A stretch of 64,000 nt of DNA from Ascidiella aspersa (Eukaryota). The stretch spans positions 12,834,001 through 12,898,000 of the forward strand of contig OZ004607.1 of assembly GCA_963924565.1 (NCBI GenBank), written 5' to 3'. Shown here piece by piece: positions 23,401 to 38,000 of this stretch (position 1 is the stretch's first letter; each line of letters opens with the position of its first letter). The translations under genes were made by a program, and so were the position numbers. Below the pieces are notes generated by a model that saw only the letters and a program-made list of their open reading frames with translations, ran no database searches and was not told the origin of the DNA.

Positions 23401-25200
23401 TGGAGGAATGTCAGGCAATATAATAGATATTTGCCTTGTCCAAGGAATCCCGAGACAGTCAATTATTAACCGGCGCTGCGAAAGATAGGCGCGCAATGTT
23501 CTGACGTGCCAAAAACGTTTTACGCCCGGTTTGGAAACTGCCATAAAACAGAAGCACGTCGATGCCGCCAAGGTAAACGATGTTTAAATTAATAGCCCAA
23601 TATTTCGCCGAGGTGCGATAATGGGACAGGCCCGGGTTGCAGCATCAAGTAGCTGGTAAGAGACTTATCCGATTTGTGTCGTCGGATGTGATTAGCCTCA
23701 ATATTCAATGATTGTCTGGCTTCTTCATTCCCTTCTCGACTCGCTTACGGAAAGTGATTGGTGATTAGCACACTTTGATGTTGTTTGAGTATTTTGCAGC
23801 TCGTCAAACTATTGGCACCAATCTAATTTCTGCTAGTACACTTTTAAATACACAGGAATTGTTTATTGATCCAAGGGTGCAATAAATAACGATGTGCAAT
23901 GTAACTTACATTTTTTTTATAAATGTTTATTTCCATGTTACTATTTTTTATTATAGACAAGTGACAAGACTATTTAGTATACCTTGAACGAATATTGTGA
24001 TTTTATAACGTGCTACAAAGTTTAGACACGCCCGAATGACATTTTTATGATTTTTTGAACAAATAATAAAAAAGCGCTTCTTACTTATTCAGGTTTAGAA
24101 AAACGGTCACCCATAACTGAACCAAACGACTCAATGATATATTTACTCAGTGATTGATTTTTAAAATTTATCCAAACAACAAATGTGTTAATAGGTTAAT
24201 TTCCAAGTTTAGTCGTTGCGCAATTTAAAACTCCCTTCCTCGTCACAAGACGTCACAGTTAGAGGCGCGACGTTACTCGATGAAGAAAAGCTGTTTTCGA
24301 TATGCGACGTGATGCTAGTGTGACGCACGCCCTCCGTCCCTCCAATTCCCAAGTTAGCCTTTCTAAATTTGGAAATCCACATCGGTCACCTTCTGTTGTG
24401 TTTCCCTCACGACAGGGATGTGTGTTTTTTGTTCACTGAGGCGCTGCCGCTAAGTCAGTGCGAAGCTTAGGGTCCGATTCGATTGCACTGTTTTCAGGCA
24501 AGAGACGGCATCGTGCCAAGGTGATGTAACTTTTCGGGAAAAAGTTGCGAAAAAAATGCTGTCGCCGTGTGCTGCTCGGTTGATTGCCGATGTACTTGCT
24601 CTTCGCGAACGTGTTACCCGCCGTTTTCGGTCGGTCGCCGAGAGTTGTACCTTGCGCGTTTTTCCCTCTGCCGTCTTTTGTCTTTGCTATTGTCATCCAG
24701 CGACTCTCCCCCCTCTCTCTCCATGCTCTCGCCCTCCCGTCGTCTGCACACACAGCAGCGCACAGGTCGCTCTCGCCTTACTTGCCTTTCTCGCGGCGGC
24801 AAATCGCGCTCATTCGCGTGTGTGTGTGCGATCGAGTGCGCGCGCCAGCATAGAGTCGCCGCCGCCGCTCGCTCGCTCGCTCGCTGGTTGAAAACGCTTC
24901 GCTGTCCATTGTGTTAAGCGAATTGGACACTGTTAGAGCTGTTGTTTTGTTCTGGCGCGAGGGACACCACGACTTACGTTCGGTCTTGGCGAATATCTGA
25001 TCGCTGCCAAGCGATTCGTCGCGTGTTTCGTTCGGCCAAGAGGCGTGTATAAAGCAGAGGTAGTGGCCGTGGTACAACGGCGCGAGAAACAAGGACTTCT
25101 GTCCAATATTGGCTTTAAAAAATTAGTTTCCATGCGAAAGACATGCCGCATTAAGTGTTGTTTACTGTACCAGCCTAGCCGCTTTGAGGATTAATTTATT
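20500..25200 (+). promoter_or_regulatory. CpG-rich promoter / 5' regulatory domain of BCL9 with two GC peaks (~21.2-21.95 kb and ~24.25-25.15 kb)
   Basis: Abrupt rise in GC and CpG, with (CG)n, (CT)n and (CGCT)n runs. A strong donor tat|gtaagt at 21938 suggests a non-coding first exon; candidate 5'UTR exon at 25258-25391. Confidence 0.6.
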
Positions 25201-26008
25201 GTTGGCATAGGTAATTTCATTAGGTCTAGAAGACAAGTTTTAAAATTTATTTTGCAGGTTTTTGCTGATCATGGTAGATTAAATAAGAAATGACCCATTG
25301 TGTTATGTTGAACTATTTAGCATTTACCATGGATGAACAAAACTTCCATTCAGTTGCATGGTCGTGGCAAACATCACAGGCCTTGTAAAAAGTAAATATT
25401 TTATCTTATGTTTGTCTACGTTTTTAAATTAAATTTAACTTAATTTTATATTGTGTATTTATTCACACTGAGAGTATTGCTGTATATAGAAATTAAAAAT
25501 TTGTCCATTATAAACAATATATCATACTTTTCTTTTCTGGCATTTTTCAGTAAACATTTTCTTTTGTTGCCTATAGGGATTGTTTAACGGTTTCTAGCAT
25601 GTAAAACTAACACATCTTGGCTTGTTGTACATACAACCATTAGATTTAAACTCCCTAATTGTCAGTGGTTTAATAAATGCTTAATCCAAATTGTTAGTTG
25701 TACTATAATAGCATGTAAAGCTGAGGTAACAAACGTAAGGGCAAGGTAGTCCTCGAAAACTTTTTATAAGATGTATACACCATGAAAATATTCCTACAAT
25801 ATTTTTGATTATTTATTTTTCAAAAGCACAGTTTAAATTATACCTGTGCCTAAATTTTCCATGACACAAATCAAATATTTATTATGACCCACTATTTATA
25901 TCATGAACCTAATTCACAAAATGGAAAAAAAACATTCTCCACAGACTTTCTGTTTTATTTATATGGCAGTTGTTTTCTTTCACAGGTGGAGGGACAAAGT
26001 AATCTGCT

Positions 26009-29000
26009 ATGGATACAAACCACTTGAAATCTGTGTCTTCTGTAATTGGAAAGGCTAACACTGGATCTGGGTCGAAGTTAAAAGGTGGTAACTCTTTAGG
26101 ATCTTCTCCAGGGAACACCAACTTTAACAATTGCACAAAAAGTACCCATTCTATGATTAACAACAATGGCAGAAGAAGCGCATCTCCATTTTATAGTGCA
26201 GATTCGAAATCAGACGAGTTACTGTCAAAGAAAGGTTAGAAATTACTGAACTATGTTGAAATACTAATAGTGGAATATTAGTGTTATTTTTATATGGTAG
26301 AGTTTTAGTGACTAATGGCCATACAATGACTCAGTGGATGTTAGAAGTGACTGATGACTTTGTCTTAATAGAAATTAACCATTTTACTACAAGTTGCTGA
26401 AATGTAATATTTTCACTTAAAATAAACTTTTAAATGGACTTATTTTTATATAATAACATATTTATTTTTGTGTTCAAGAGAGAGCGACCGATATCACTTT
26501 TTTGGACCGTTTTTTTTTTTTTTTATATAAACTTGAATTAATTAAAAATAAAATCCGAATAATGTTTTAGTTTATATATCTTTATTACCTATTAAAGTAT
26601 TATTGAGCAAATTAACTTGGCGCGATGCTACACCCAAATTTTTTTAATCAAAAGATGGGCAAGTTGTTTGTTGTACAGTAAAAGTATATCATATTTTCGT
26701 ACTAAAATATCAGCAAAAGTAGTGGCCTACATTTACCGATGTCTATCTCTAGGGTTCAGTTTATTTCCTACCACAACCCTGATCAACAGGATCAAATCTG
26801 TAAAAGTCATTTTCTTCTTTATTGCCATTAAGAAATGTTTGTTTATAATACCCTGCATGGTTGTCTAACAATATTAATCCAACCGCCACAGGATGGAATG
26901 CAATTGTGTTTATTTGTGCCAAAGGTCAATCGGCAAGCATTCCAAGTATTCACGCAAGTGGCTTTCCTGCTCTATCATCTTCCCCACCTATCAGCACGGC
27001 ACCATGTATTCCACCCCTGAGCAACGCTGTCCTTTCAAAGCGCGATGGTAGTAAACCCAATACAAATGTACCAAGTGAAACAAGGTACAGAGCATATTTT
27101 GCTCCAAAAATTATTTTGGTAGAGGTTCAATAGTTTTTTAATGTAGCAAACATTAATTTCTAGAAATTAATGAAACCACCGATTTACATGATAAAATTGT
27201 TTGTTGTTCAAACCTGACTTGAAGCTATAATATATTAAATATTGTCATATTTACATTTGATTTGCTGTACTTATATAGTGTAACTTTGTTATAGTTGCTT
27301 CAAAATTGCTTTCTATATTTTTTCTACTTTTACTGCAAATTTAAGTAAATCAGGATGGAACAAGAGGCTCTCGTTGAATTTAATGTTTTTATACAGTTTA
27401 AATATAAAACTGATTGTTGAATAAATAATTTTATTATAAATGAAAAAATAATTTGCTAAAAATGTCTCAAAACTAATAAGAAAGTTTCCCTTTCCATTAA
27501 ATACATTGACATGCAAAAATTACATTTATTGACAAATCTAGCTTTTTTTTTGCATTTTTAACAGCTATCTGTTTTATTACTCTGTTAAATTATGTTTCAA
27601 CAAATAGAAAAATTGATTGTTTTACAACTATGTATTTCTTTTAGGCACACAAACAGCCCTTATTTGCGATTGCCCAGTCCAAATGAAATGAAAGGAAACA
27701 CCCCTTCCTCAAGGAAGGAAATTTTGGCTAATCGTTCTGAGAAGTCTTTACCAGCTAACCATGTTGCATCAGGCGATAGAAACCAAAGCCTAAGAAATCC
27801 TAACAAAAGAAATACCTTTATGGCGCGACGGCACAACTCAGTTGAATGTCCTGGCGGCTTCAGCCCAACAAATTCTTTCAAAAACATGAAGGGTCCAGAA
27901 AAATCCAACCTCCATCAAAGTCCAAGAGGGGATTTTTTTAGTGATTCAAGTGGGAGAAACCAGGCGGGTTATCAATCGCCATCACTGTCTTACCCATCAC
28001 CATCCTCAAGTGAAAACGCACTTACCCCAGGTGCGATCAGCAGAGGTAAAAACAAAACAGGCCTAGCTCAAGACATTGGGCCTGCCACTCCTGCCTCTAG
28101 CATTGCACCATCCCATATAAGTAATCACCTGAGTCGAACATCATCAAGCAATAGCATTTCCGACTTGAGCCGCTGTAGTGAAGTTGCTGACGATGTTACA
28201 CATACTGATGGAACAACATCACTGCCAGGGGACAGTCAAAGCGCACGGACTACAACTTCACCTGGAAGGAGCGTCTGTCAGATGAACATAGAAAGCACAA
28301 TGCATTTTACGCAATTTGATGACGATCGAGCCATTGTTGATGCCCTTGGTACGCTAACAGATGTCACAGAGCAAAGTCATATCGACAAGACAGAAAATCC
28401 TACTGCCATAAATGCTGGGGAAAGTATTCCAACAGAGAAATTGGAGCTTAACCTAGATGGAGACTTCCAGTTTCCCGATGATGACAATGGACCCGCAGAC
28501 ATTGGCCAAAAGGCTCTTAATCTATCTGCAGAAGACGTCAGACAGACCTTGAACTCTGTTTCGGCAGAATCAGACTTGCCAGACCTGGGCACCGATGCAA
28601 ACGTGTTCGAGGACAATTCAGCAATGCTGATGAGCAACAGCACGGATTTTAATGCATCAAGTGAGAGTTTTTCTACAGGGGATGCTAGCAGAGTAATATC
28701 TCCATCAACAGCTGTTTCTGTTGCAGTCTCTACCTCACCTACCACCAGTATTGTAACCACTGCTGTAAACTCTGTTCCCACAACACTACCATCCACTTCT
28801 TCCACCCTGGTAAGGACTGTTGGGTTTTCCAAGCTTTCTACTATGTAGTAAAGTAAAACGAATACAAGTTTTCAAAAATCTGTTTCCAATTATCTGTTAA
28901 AAAATAAGAATTCATGAAGTTTTATAATACTGGATTTTGAATGCAAGTTCATTCTAAAACTAGTTATTACACCAGATTAACTATAATGATGTTATATGTT

Positions 29001-32000
29001 GTGGACTACCAAAATGTACAGTCTTAACTAAACTAAACTAAAATATTTTTTTAACTAAATAAGATATTAAGTTTTGGAAAATTTATAGATTTTGTGCGAG
29101 GTTCAAAGTTCTGCTATAGTTATTTAATAGAACAACAAAGCATATTGGTTAAATATTTTCTCAACATTTAGGATATATATATATATATCCATAACTTGGT
29201 AAACAGGATGCAGACACTGACAAAATGTCTCCTGTAGGCTCCTAACGCTGGATCATTTGGAAGCGATGTATTTCCATCTGGTAGCAGCGGGCAATCTTTT
29301 CAGTCAACCCAAAACTCCTCGACCATGTCTTCGACATCGGTGTCATTTTCTGGAGCCGGTGCACCTGGATCTGGGATGAGATCACATCTTCAAGACATCC
29401 TTGGTGTTACAGACACTGATAGGTAAAAGATAGCTTCTAAATTTTCAACTTTTGGATTGAATCGCAACAAACATATATATTAAAAACACATGGCCACTGA
29501 TTCTTAACTTTTTATACTATGTGGCCACCTTAAAAAGTCTCTCAACCCTTGTGTCCCCAGCTAATAAAAATGCCTAGCATTGTAACGAATCCAGAATATT
29601 AAATCCTAATATTTTTGAAATAATTGTTTGACATTTATTTTTTGTGGGATTAAAAGCAATTCTTCGTTTCTAATTAACATATATGTTTTGTGTACTGGTA
29701 TCAAACATATGTATAATGTAATCGAAAATTTAAATTACAAATTATTAACATTATAAACAACTGCCACATTGTTGCCAAACCTATTTTTTCCCATATAGTG
29801 AGTGCAATGCTAAACAATGTTATTTTTTAGTTCTACTTCATTATAAATTTGATATGTTAATTGGCAGTCAAATAATGTGCTGCAAAGAATAGAAAGCTAT
29901 ACCACTGCCAGTAATGCGTTACTATTACAATTACGTGAGGTATTATCTTGCTGAATATTGGCCTAAAGTTAACCTTGAGTAACACTGTAGCGCACTTTGT
30001 GCAATTTTACGATGGAAAGTTTCTTTTGTAACTTAACGCCCTTTAAAAAAATAAAAAAATTTATGCACCTGGCATTTCAAATTAGTTACTCGCCCAATAG
30101 CATTTGATAGATATTTAATAATTTGGCAAGGGGTATTGACAAGTATTTGGTCACCCTATAAAACACTAACCCCACAAAAAGTGCTAACTATATGGCTACA
30201 CAAAGTGGCACAGTAATTATTTCACCAGCACAACGATAGGCAGCATTAATCCAAACTTGCCACTTGCGTATGTAAAATTAAGCGTAAACTTTCCATAATA
30301 ATTTTCAGATATATAAACAGTTAGAATTGGATTCCATTTCTATTTGAAACTGGCAAAGTTTGAAAATAATGACACTTGGATAGTTGGGTTTTGCAACACT
30401 ACAACCTAGCTAGAGAGTTATGCCCGTGGCCCCCCAATGACCGCTCATTATTTTGAGTAAATATTCAAATTTAAAAACAAGGCATAGAATGTGTTTTTTA
30501 CAGTATATATACAAAACTATAACATTTCTGTATTGGCTAAATTGTTTATAATACAAAGCCAATCATGATTGCTATTTGTTTTTATTTATATTATAGTTAA
30601 ATTGTATCTTCTCTTTTATGAAGGTTAAAGAAGATGGGGCAGCCTGTAGATTCTTCCCAATATGTTGCGACAACTACCTCATTCAACCCCAACATCCCAC
30701 AACCTGGCCAAGTGATGCCCAACAGCTCCACAGGCCCAGTCCAAAACTTACCCTCCTCCCAATTCAATCGACTTACCTCTCCCACAGGCAACAACAGCAA
30801 CATGTACCAACGAAGTCCCGTATTTCATCCAAGGAATCACCCATACGGTGGCCAACCCCACCCTATGATGGGCTATGATCACCCAGGCATGCACCCGGGA
30901 GCGTTTATGGATGGGCCCAGAACAAATATGCCATATGACCCAAGAATGTCCCCACATCACCACCCCGGTCCTGGCAATGTTCCATTTGGACAGGGTCCAC
31001 CATGGCAGGGGCCGTCACCTGGTAGTATGATGCCCCCACCTGAGGGAAACAAAAGCCCCAGAGGCCAAATGGGCCCATCGTACGCTCATAGACCAATGAA
31101 CCCCATGACAGGTCTTCAGAGCACTGTAAATTCCATTCCAGAAGCCTTTCCAACTAGCCACGGAATAGGCTCCATGACAAAAAATAACAATAACAACATG
31201 GGCCCACCCAACTCATACCAGGGAATGCCACAAATGTCCAATAATGACTTTCCTGTATCTTTGTCGCCAATGTCAAGAACTATGTTACCTCCGCAGTCAC
31301 CTTCAATCCAATCCGACAAAATGCGCTCTGTAAGTGCAGATAGCTCTGCTAGCAATACTACTACTTCATTAAAAAGAAGCAATAAAAGGGAAAGAGGACA
31401 ATCTGTTGATTCTAAAGACGGTGAAAAACGTAAGACAAATTTTATTTCTAATTGAAAAAAATTATATGTGTTTTTTAACTATTAATAGTCTGACTCTGTG
31501 AAAAACCTTTGATGATAAATTAATAAATGAAAGCTAGCTTTTAAATATCCAAATCCTCTTTAGTTCACATATCTAACTTATCCTTTTCTTCACTAATTAA
31601 ACTTAAAGAAGTTCCATGACTTATGTGTACCATTTTTACAGAATCTGGTCCCAAGTCGAAACGTAGGAAAAGCAGGTCCAAGGATGACAGTAAGTGGCAC
31701 TTTTTTAGAATGGTGAAGAAATTTCAATTATCCACGCCCACAAAATTATTGGCTTGTAAAAATAACCAAAAGCCCTGCGCAAGCCATGTAATTGCTAGCC
31801 TTAGGGTACCAGTGATTGGATTTATCATACTGCCCAACTTCTTGTCTGTGACTAAAATACCAGTGATACCAATGCCTTGTATAAATATAGGTGTCTGCTG
31901 TGAAAATAAATCAGTGTGGATTGCAACTAAATTAACATATTCAACATTTTTGCCTATATTCAGTTAATCACAAAATTCAACACAGGTAAAAAGACATCTA

Positions 32001-35000
32001 CAGAATCAAAATCAAATTCAAGATCCAACAGTGTAAATGAAACACAGGTAAATATATTAAAGCATGTCAATGTAATTTAATGTATTCTTTATGTGCATCA
32101 ACCAATTAGAAACAATCTCTCAAAATAATATATGATTTTATGTTGATTTGCAGGCTACTGATTAAAAACCAAAATTACTGAAGGAATTCTGTTTTACAAA
32201 TACTATATAAATTTAGTATAACATTTAAAAATCACCGTCTTTAGCCTATAAGTAGATTGTACATAGTGCCAAGTCTTTTTCACTATCTTTTCATTGGGTA
32301 ATTGTTAATAAAAATCCACAAATTCTAAGCATTTATCTAATGTAACAAATGTCCTCATTTTTGTAATTTCCGTTATATACAACACTTTTCAGGCAAACAA
32401 CCAACTAGTCTACATTTTCAATTCGGAAGTTGCCAATGCAGCAGCTTCAATGATATCGCAGGGCAAGGCCCCAACCATGGTCTCATATCACCAAACGTCT
32501 CAACGAAATTGCCGCCTAATGCCATCGAACATTTCAAGTCTTCCAAATACCAAGATGCAACCTCAAGATGGACATCCAACACGCTCTGGTGTGGCAAGAG
32601 GAAACTCTCAAGCATTCATGGGACATCCACAAAACCCTCAAATGCCTGGGCACCATCTGAAGTCTGAAGCCAACCTTACTAGTCCTCGTTCTGCAAGAGA
32701 AAATGGAAAAAGCAAAGATTCAACTCAAAACAAGGCTGAATTTGAAGCTTCAGGCGATTCTAATATTGCCAAGCCATCACCCCCTGTTTCTAAACAAGTT
32801 AGTATTTTTACTTATTTGGTGAAAATCTAAAACGTGAGACTTTAGCTGAATCATTTATATTGGCAATTTTTAAATCCAGTGAAAAGTATATACTTATCAC
32901 CTTTTGGTATATATACTTATCACCTTTTGGTAAAATAATAATAATTTTGACTGTTCTTATTTGCTCAGATTTTAACATAATCATTAATATGTCTTTCAAT
33001 TACCATATAAAAATTGTCTAACATAATTGTACTAGTTTGTTTCATGATTTGTTGAGCGTTACGACTTGGCCACCTCTAAAAATAGCCTAGATCGTTAGTT
33101 ATGCTTTGTTCCCAAATTTTTTTGCAATGCCTTTGCAAAAGTTTGTTGGACTTGTATTGCACAAAGCAAAAGGGCTTCACAAATTTTCATTAAAATTAAT
33201 ACACCATCGCCAATATATTTATTTTATTACATTAAAAAAAGTTTGAATGCAAATGTAAGGGGTTTAAAATTAGAGAGCGACCATTATCAATTTTTTGAAC
33301 TGATAGCAATATCCTATTTTTTATATTTGTGCCTATCCATACTAAATGTTGATAAACGTTTTTTTACAAACGTATTAAGTTTGCCTTTAAAGGATTAATT
33401 TACATTGTAATATATATATACATTGTCACCTTCCTATTAAAGTAAAAAACTTACCATGCCTAAAAAAAATATATAGTCAGCTTTTTGAAATTCGTCGTTC
33501 AGTTGTTTTGAAATTTATCGTACAATTTTATCAAAAAAATTTAGTTTTGATTTGTGTTCAAAGTCATTTTAACCGTATTATATCTTTATTAGAGCAATAT
33601 ATGGTATAAAAAACGCGTGATTAATGTCGCCTAGCTGATTTAAATCAATGTATTTCTAACAGGTCAAAATGTCCTATTTTTTAGGTCAAAAAATATTCGC
33701 CCTAGTTATAAAGAATCAACTCTTGCCATAGATTTAAAAAATGGGCGCCCGGCTCATTGTTTTGCACCTTCTTTTACCGATTCATTTAACTTCAACTAAT
33801 TTAGTAAGAAAATATTTATGTCCATGGCAAAGTATATATCATGTCAACTGCTCTTTTTTCACGGATTTACATTGTGTTAGGTGTTTTAACACTATGTCTT
33901 TACCGCTTTACTATTTCAAATAGAACGCAACAGAAGAAACCCTAACGGAAGAACAGATGCGACATAGACAAGATTCCCTTAATAAAATCAAGACAATCGG
34001 AAATATATTTCTTGGCCAAGACTCAATCCCCAATCCTGGTAAAAAACTAACTAAATGTGAATTACATTAAATAAAATACAATATTTCCCAGTAACTTAAG
34101 TTTACTGCTGATAGCAAGCCATATGTACCATTTGCCCATCTTGATTGTTCAAATATATATATTTATTCTTTAGCTCAAATGCCACCAGCAAACAACCGTG
34201 GACAGGATCATTATGAAATGACGCGCCATCTACAAGAGTTCCAGAAAAATAACCCAGTGAGTGCCCAATCAGTGGGGCCTCAGGACCCCTCCAAGGAGTG
34301 GTTACGACTTGTCCAAGTACGTGGGTTAAATGCTCACGTACAAGCCACAAATTAACCCCATAACCCCATTCTGAGGTGCACAATAATAATTTGGGAAAAC
34401 TGACGTTTTACATGAAAATATCACAAAATATTTTACTTCTTCATACTTCATTTGCTATATATTTGAATTTATTGTATTCAAATATATATGTATAAATATA
34501 AATGTTTGCCATGTAAGAATGGTATGATAAAAAATTCCTTGTTTTAAATTCTTTAGTCACTAACAAAACATTTGTTTTGTTAGCTGTTGGTACTGTAAAA
34601 AAAATTCAATTTCTCATAATTCATGTTAAACATGAATGGCATTTTTAATATTGTGCATCCTCTTTCCTTCATTAATAGCTGTCAATGAAATTCTTTACAA
34701 CTAACTCAACTCCTTGGATTTTGTTTGTAATGCATGTTGATGTGCTAACAAGTGTTGTTTTACTGAATGGTTGTATTGTATTATACTCCATCGTTTTCTA
34801 AATTGGGTTGGCCCAAAATTTTCTGGCAAAAAATTTTAAGGTCACCAAAACTGGCCTGCTGCCCAGATACAGTCCATCAGTTCCATTGCTCCGACCATCG
34901 GCATAGTTTGTTACCACAATTCGCCCAATTAGAGAACTTAATTCTTTACATTTAAATCCAAGATAAATTTTGATGACAACTTTGTAAATCATTTTTTTAG

Positions 35001-38000
35001 CATTTTTGTGTTTTATAAGTAAGTTAAATAGGGTCAAAACCAAATGTTGTAATGTAGGGCGTTATCTGTAATCCTTGCGGTTATAGGCCCGCAATCGTCA
35101 GTCTTTATTAACCAGCTGCTTGATTTAAAGTGTTTCTGGCCATTATACCTGTCTAACAGTATTAATTGCAGACAAAAAATAGCTAGGTTTATTTTATAAA
35201 GATTTTGTTCTGGTAATACAAGTTTAAAAACCTGCTATCGTGCTACAAACAACTGGATTTTAATAATAAAAAAAACTAAGGAATGCATGCTGTTAATTTT
35301 AATGGTGTAAACAATTTAAAATATTTCTGACTTTCTTTTTTTGCAGGCGTACAATGAACACAAGAAGCAAATCCGCCACATTCATCACATGAAGCCAGAT
35401 GGTCAAGGTGTGGATCTGGCTTCACCACCACCATACCACCCAGGTGGCAACAACCCCATGTGGATGGGTCCTGGGCCAGGGCCGGGCATGAGGGACCCGA
35501 ATATGCCCATGGGCCCTGGTCACGAGATGATCAATCCGCGTTTTCCCCACCACATGGCAATACGTCCAAACAACCCCGTGCGCATGCCCTATGATGGTGG
35601 TGCTCCTGTACCTCGCTATGTGCGAACGCCCCGCGGTTACATAGGCCCAGGTGGAGCTGGTGTGAGAATGCCAATGTATCCAGGTGGTGGAATGCCACCT
35701 GGTGGTGTAATGGTTGGGTCAAAAGGACAACGGCCACCGGTGACCAGGATGCCGCAACACATGAGTCATTCCAATGAGGCCTACCCGTTTTCGGAGAAGC
35801 TTAAGGAAAAAGCCAGCCTATATCGAACTGACGGAATGCACGCAGGGCAAGGCGGAAATGTTCCTTTTGACATGAATAATCCTGATGTGCCAATGGGTCC
35901 CGAATGGTCCCAATACAGTGGCATTGGACCCGTTCCACCCGGCCCTGGGGGTAGACTGTCACACATGTCTGAAACTGTTTCCCCGTCGCACATGCCTATT
36001 GGACCTGGGATGATGATGTCATCAGGTGGTCCAGTACCTGGCGGCCCGCCCATGGAGGAGTCTCGGTTGACCCCAGGCATGGACCCGGGACTGCGGATGG
36101 CCAACCCCGCCATGGCTGGTCCCAATTTCCCCCACCCCTTGCCAAACTACACAGACTCCCCTATTCCTGGTATGGCACCCCACTCCATGGCTTCTACCTA
36201 TGTGTCGCAAGAAATGAGGCCACCGAGCAATCCATTGGGCAGCATGCCACAAGAGCGACCCACTGGCAATATGGTGGATGCCATGGAAAGAAGAGGTGAA
36301 CCAAGACCGCCTGACCTTAAAATAAATGCCTCGACTGTTCCAAGGTCTCCATTGTCATATGCCGGAGGTAAACTAATACAATTTTCTTGCTTAGTAGGTT
36401 GTTTTAAACTTAATTGCTGAATAAATGTATTTACATATTTGCTTTACTTGATTTTGCTTTATTGGTGTTAATGTCAAATTATTCTATATTCTATTCCCTC
36501 AAACATTCATCAAAGCAGTGATTTACATGTTGAACATATTTCCCGCAGCCCGTCACCCCCTTTTGTCACCCGGAATGGCCAACCCCGCCATTATGGGCCC
36601 TGGGTCCCAGCCGCCATTCATGCACAACGAGTTCGGACCGGCCAGTCTACCTCAGGTTTCACCTCACCCCAACTCGGTGCCCCGATCACCCATGAACAAC
36701 AATTCTCCTGGCGGGGCGCAGTTCTTGGGAATGGGGCCTGGTGGACCCGGGCCTGGGCCCATGCAACATCAATTGAGTGTTGATCATCCCAATATGATGC
36801 CACCTAGTGGCCCGCTATCCTCAGAACAAGGCCCAAATCCTGACTGGGTTCCTCCAGCATCTATGGCTGTAAGTTTTTATTGCTGTATAAAATTGATATA
36901 TATTTAATATACGTAAACTCAATCGAAGTTTTATTTCAGGAAAGGCAGTCATTTGTTGGTATTATATTATGCAAAAATTAACCCAATTTACCTGATAAAC
37001 CATCAAGGTTTCTCAACATACTGGGGTATTTAATTTAGTTGGAAATGCATTATGTCAAATGTAGACATTGCGTTCAGTTAGAAATCTTTGTCTGGTTTAA
37101 AAAAAAAAAAAAAATTATTTTGTTACAGCCCCCAAGAACACCATCTAGCGCTGGAGTTATGATGCCTAATCAAGGTCCAAGGCCACAGTCTGCCATTACT
37201 GAGATGATGCATAAAATGAGTTCCTTTCCACTTTCTATGCCCTCGCCGCTCTATCAGGATGCCGTAAGTCATTAAATTAAATACCATTGCTGAACAGTGA
37301 ACAAAGTACAATTTTATAACACTAAAAACATGCAATCATTTTTAGGAGCAATATAAAATGCGTCCTTATTAACGAGAGAGTCAAGTCTTAGAAAATACGA
37401 AATTCGACAAATAAAACACAATTTTTTAAAAAACTAAAAACAAGTGACACTGTGTAGACTAACTGTATTTTCAAGTAGACGAGATTGTCACAGTAATATC
37501 ACAAACAATTACTAAATTCATTAACAATTAATTTTTTCTCTACTTTTTGGTCTTCATGGGCAGACCTTTTAAATAGCCCAACAAAAACGAAATTGATGCT
37601 AATATGAAGATTGTAACTTGAAATAAGCATCATTACAGAGATATTTGTTTTTATATTAACAAATCTAAAGTATTTTTGCACATAAAATGAAGTCATTGCC
37701 CACCTAAACACCTGTATCAATAAGTAGTGAAGATTTTAGCTTAACCACCCTGCCTAATGATAAGTATACATCTGCAGATAAAAGACACCAGTCCACCACC
37801 ACTGTCACACTTGAATGGAAACACGATTCTCTCCCATGAGCCTCCCCCACTCACGCACAACCCCAACGCTGACCCTGGGGCAATGATGCCGAGTACAATG
37901 GGTCCAACCATGATCCGGACGCCTGCTCGGCAAATGATGTCCCAAATGCCCCCCGGGGGTGCCCCGCCAGGGTACGATCCCGGTATAGCAGGTCCCAGAT

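Noticed and set aside
20474-25151. Many overlapping Arg/Ala-rich ORFs
   Set aside because: Expected in GC-rich promoter DNA; no consistent frame or splice structure.
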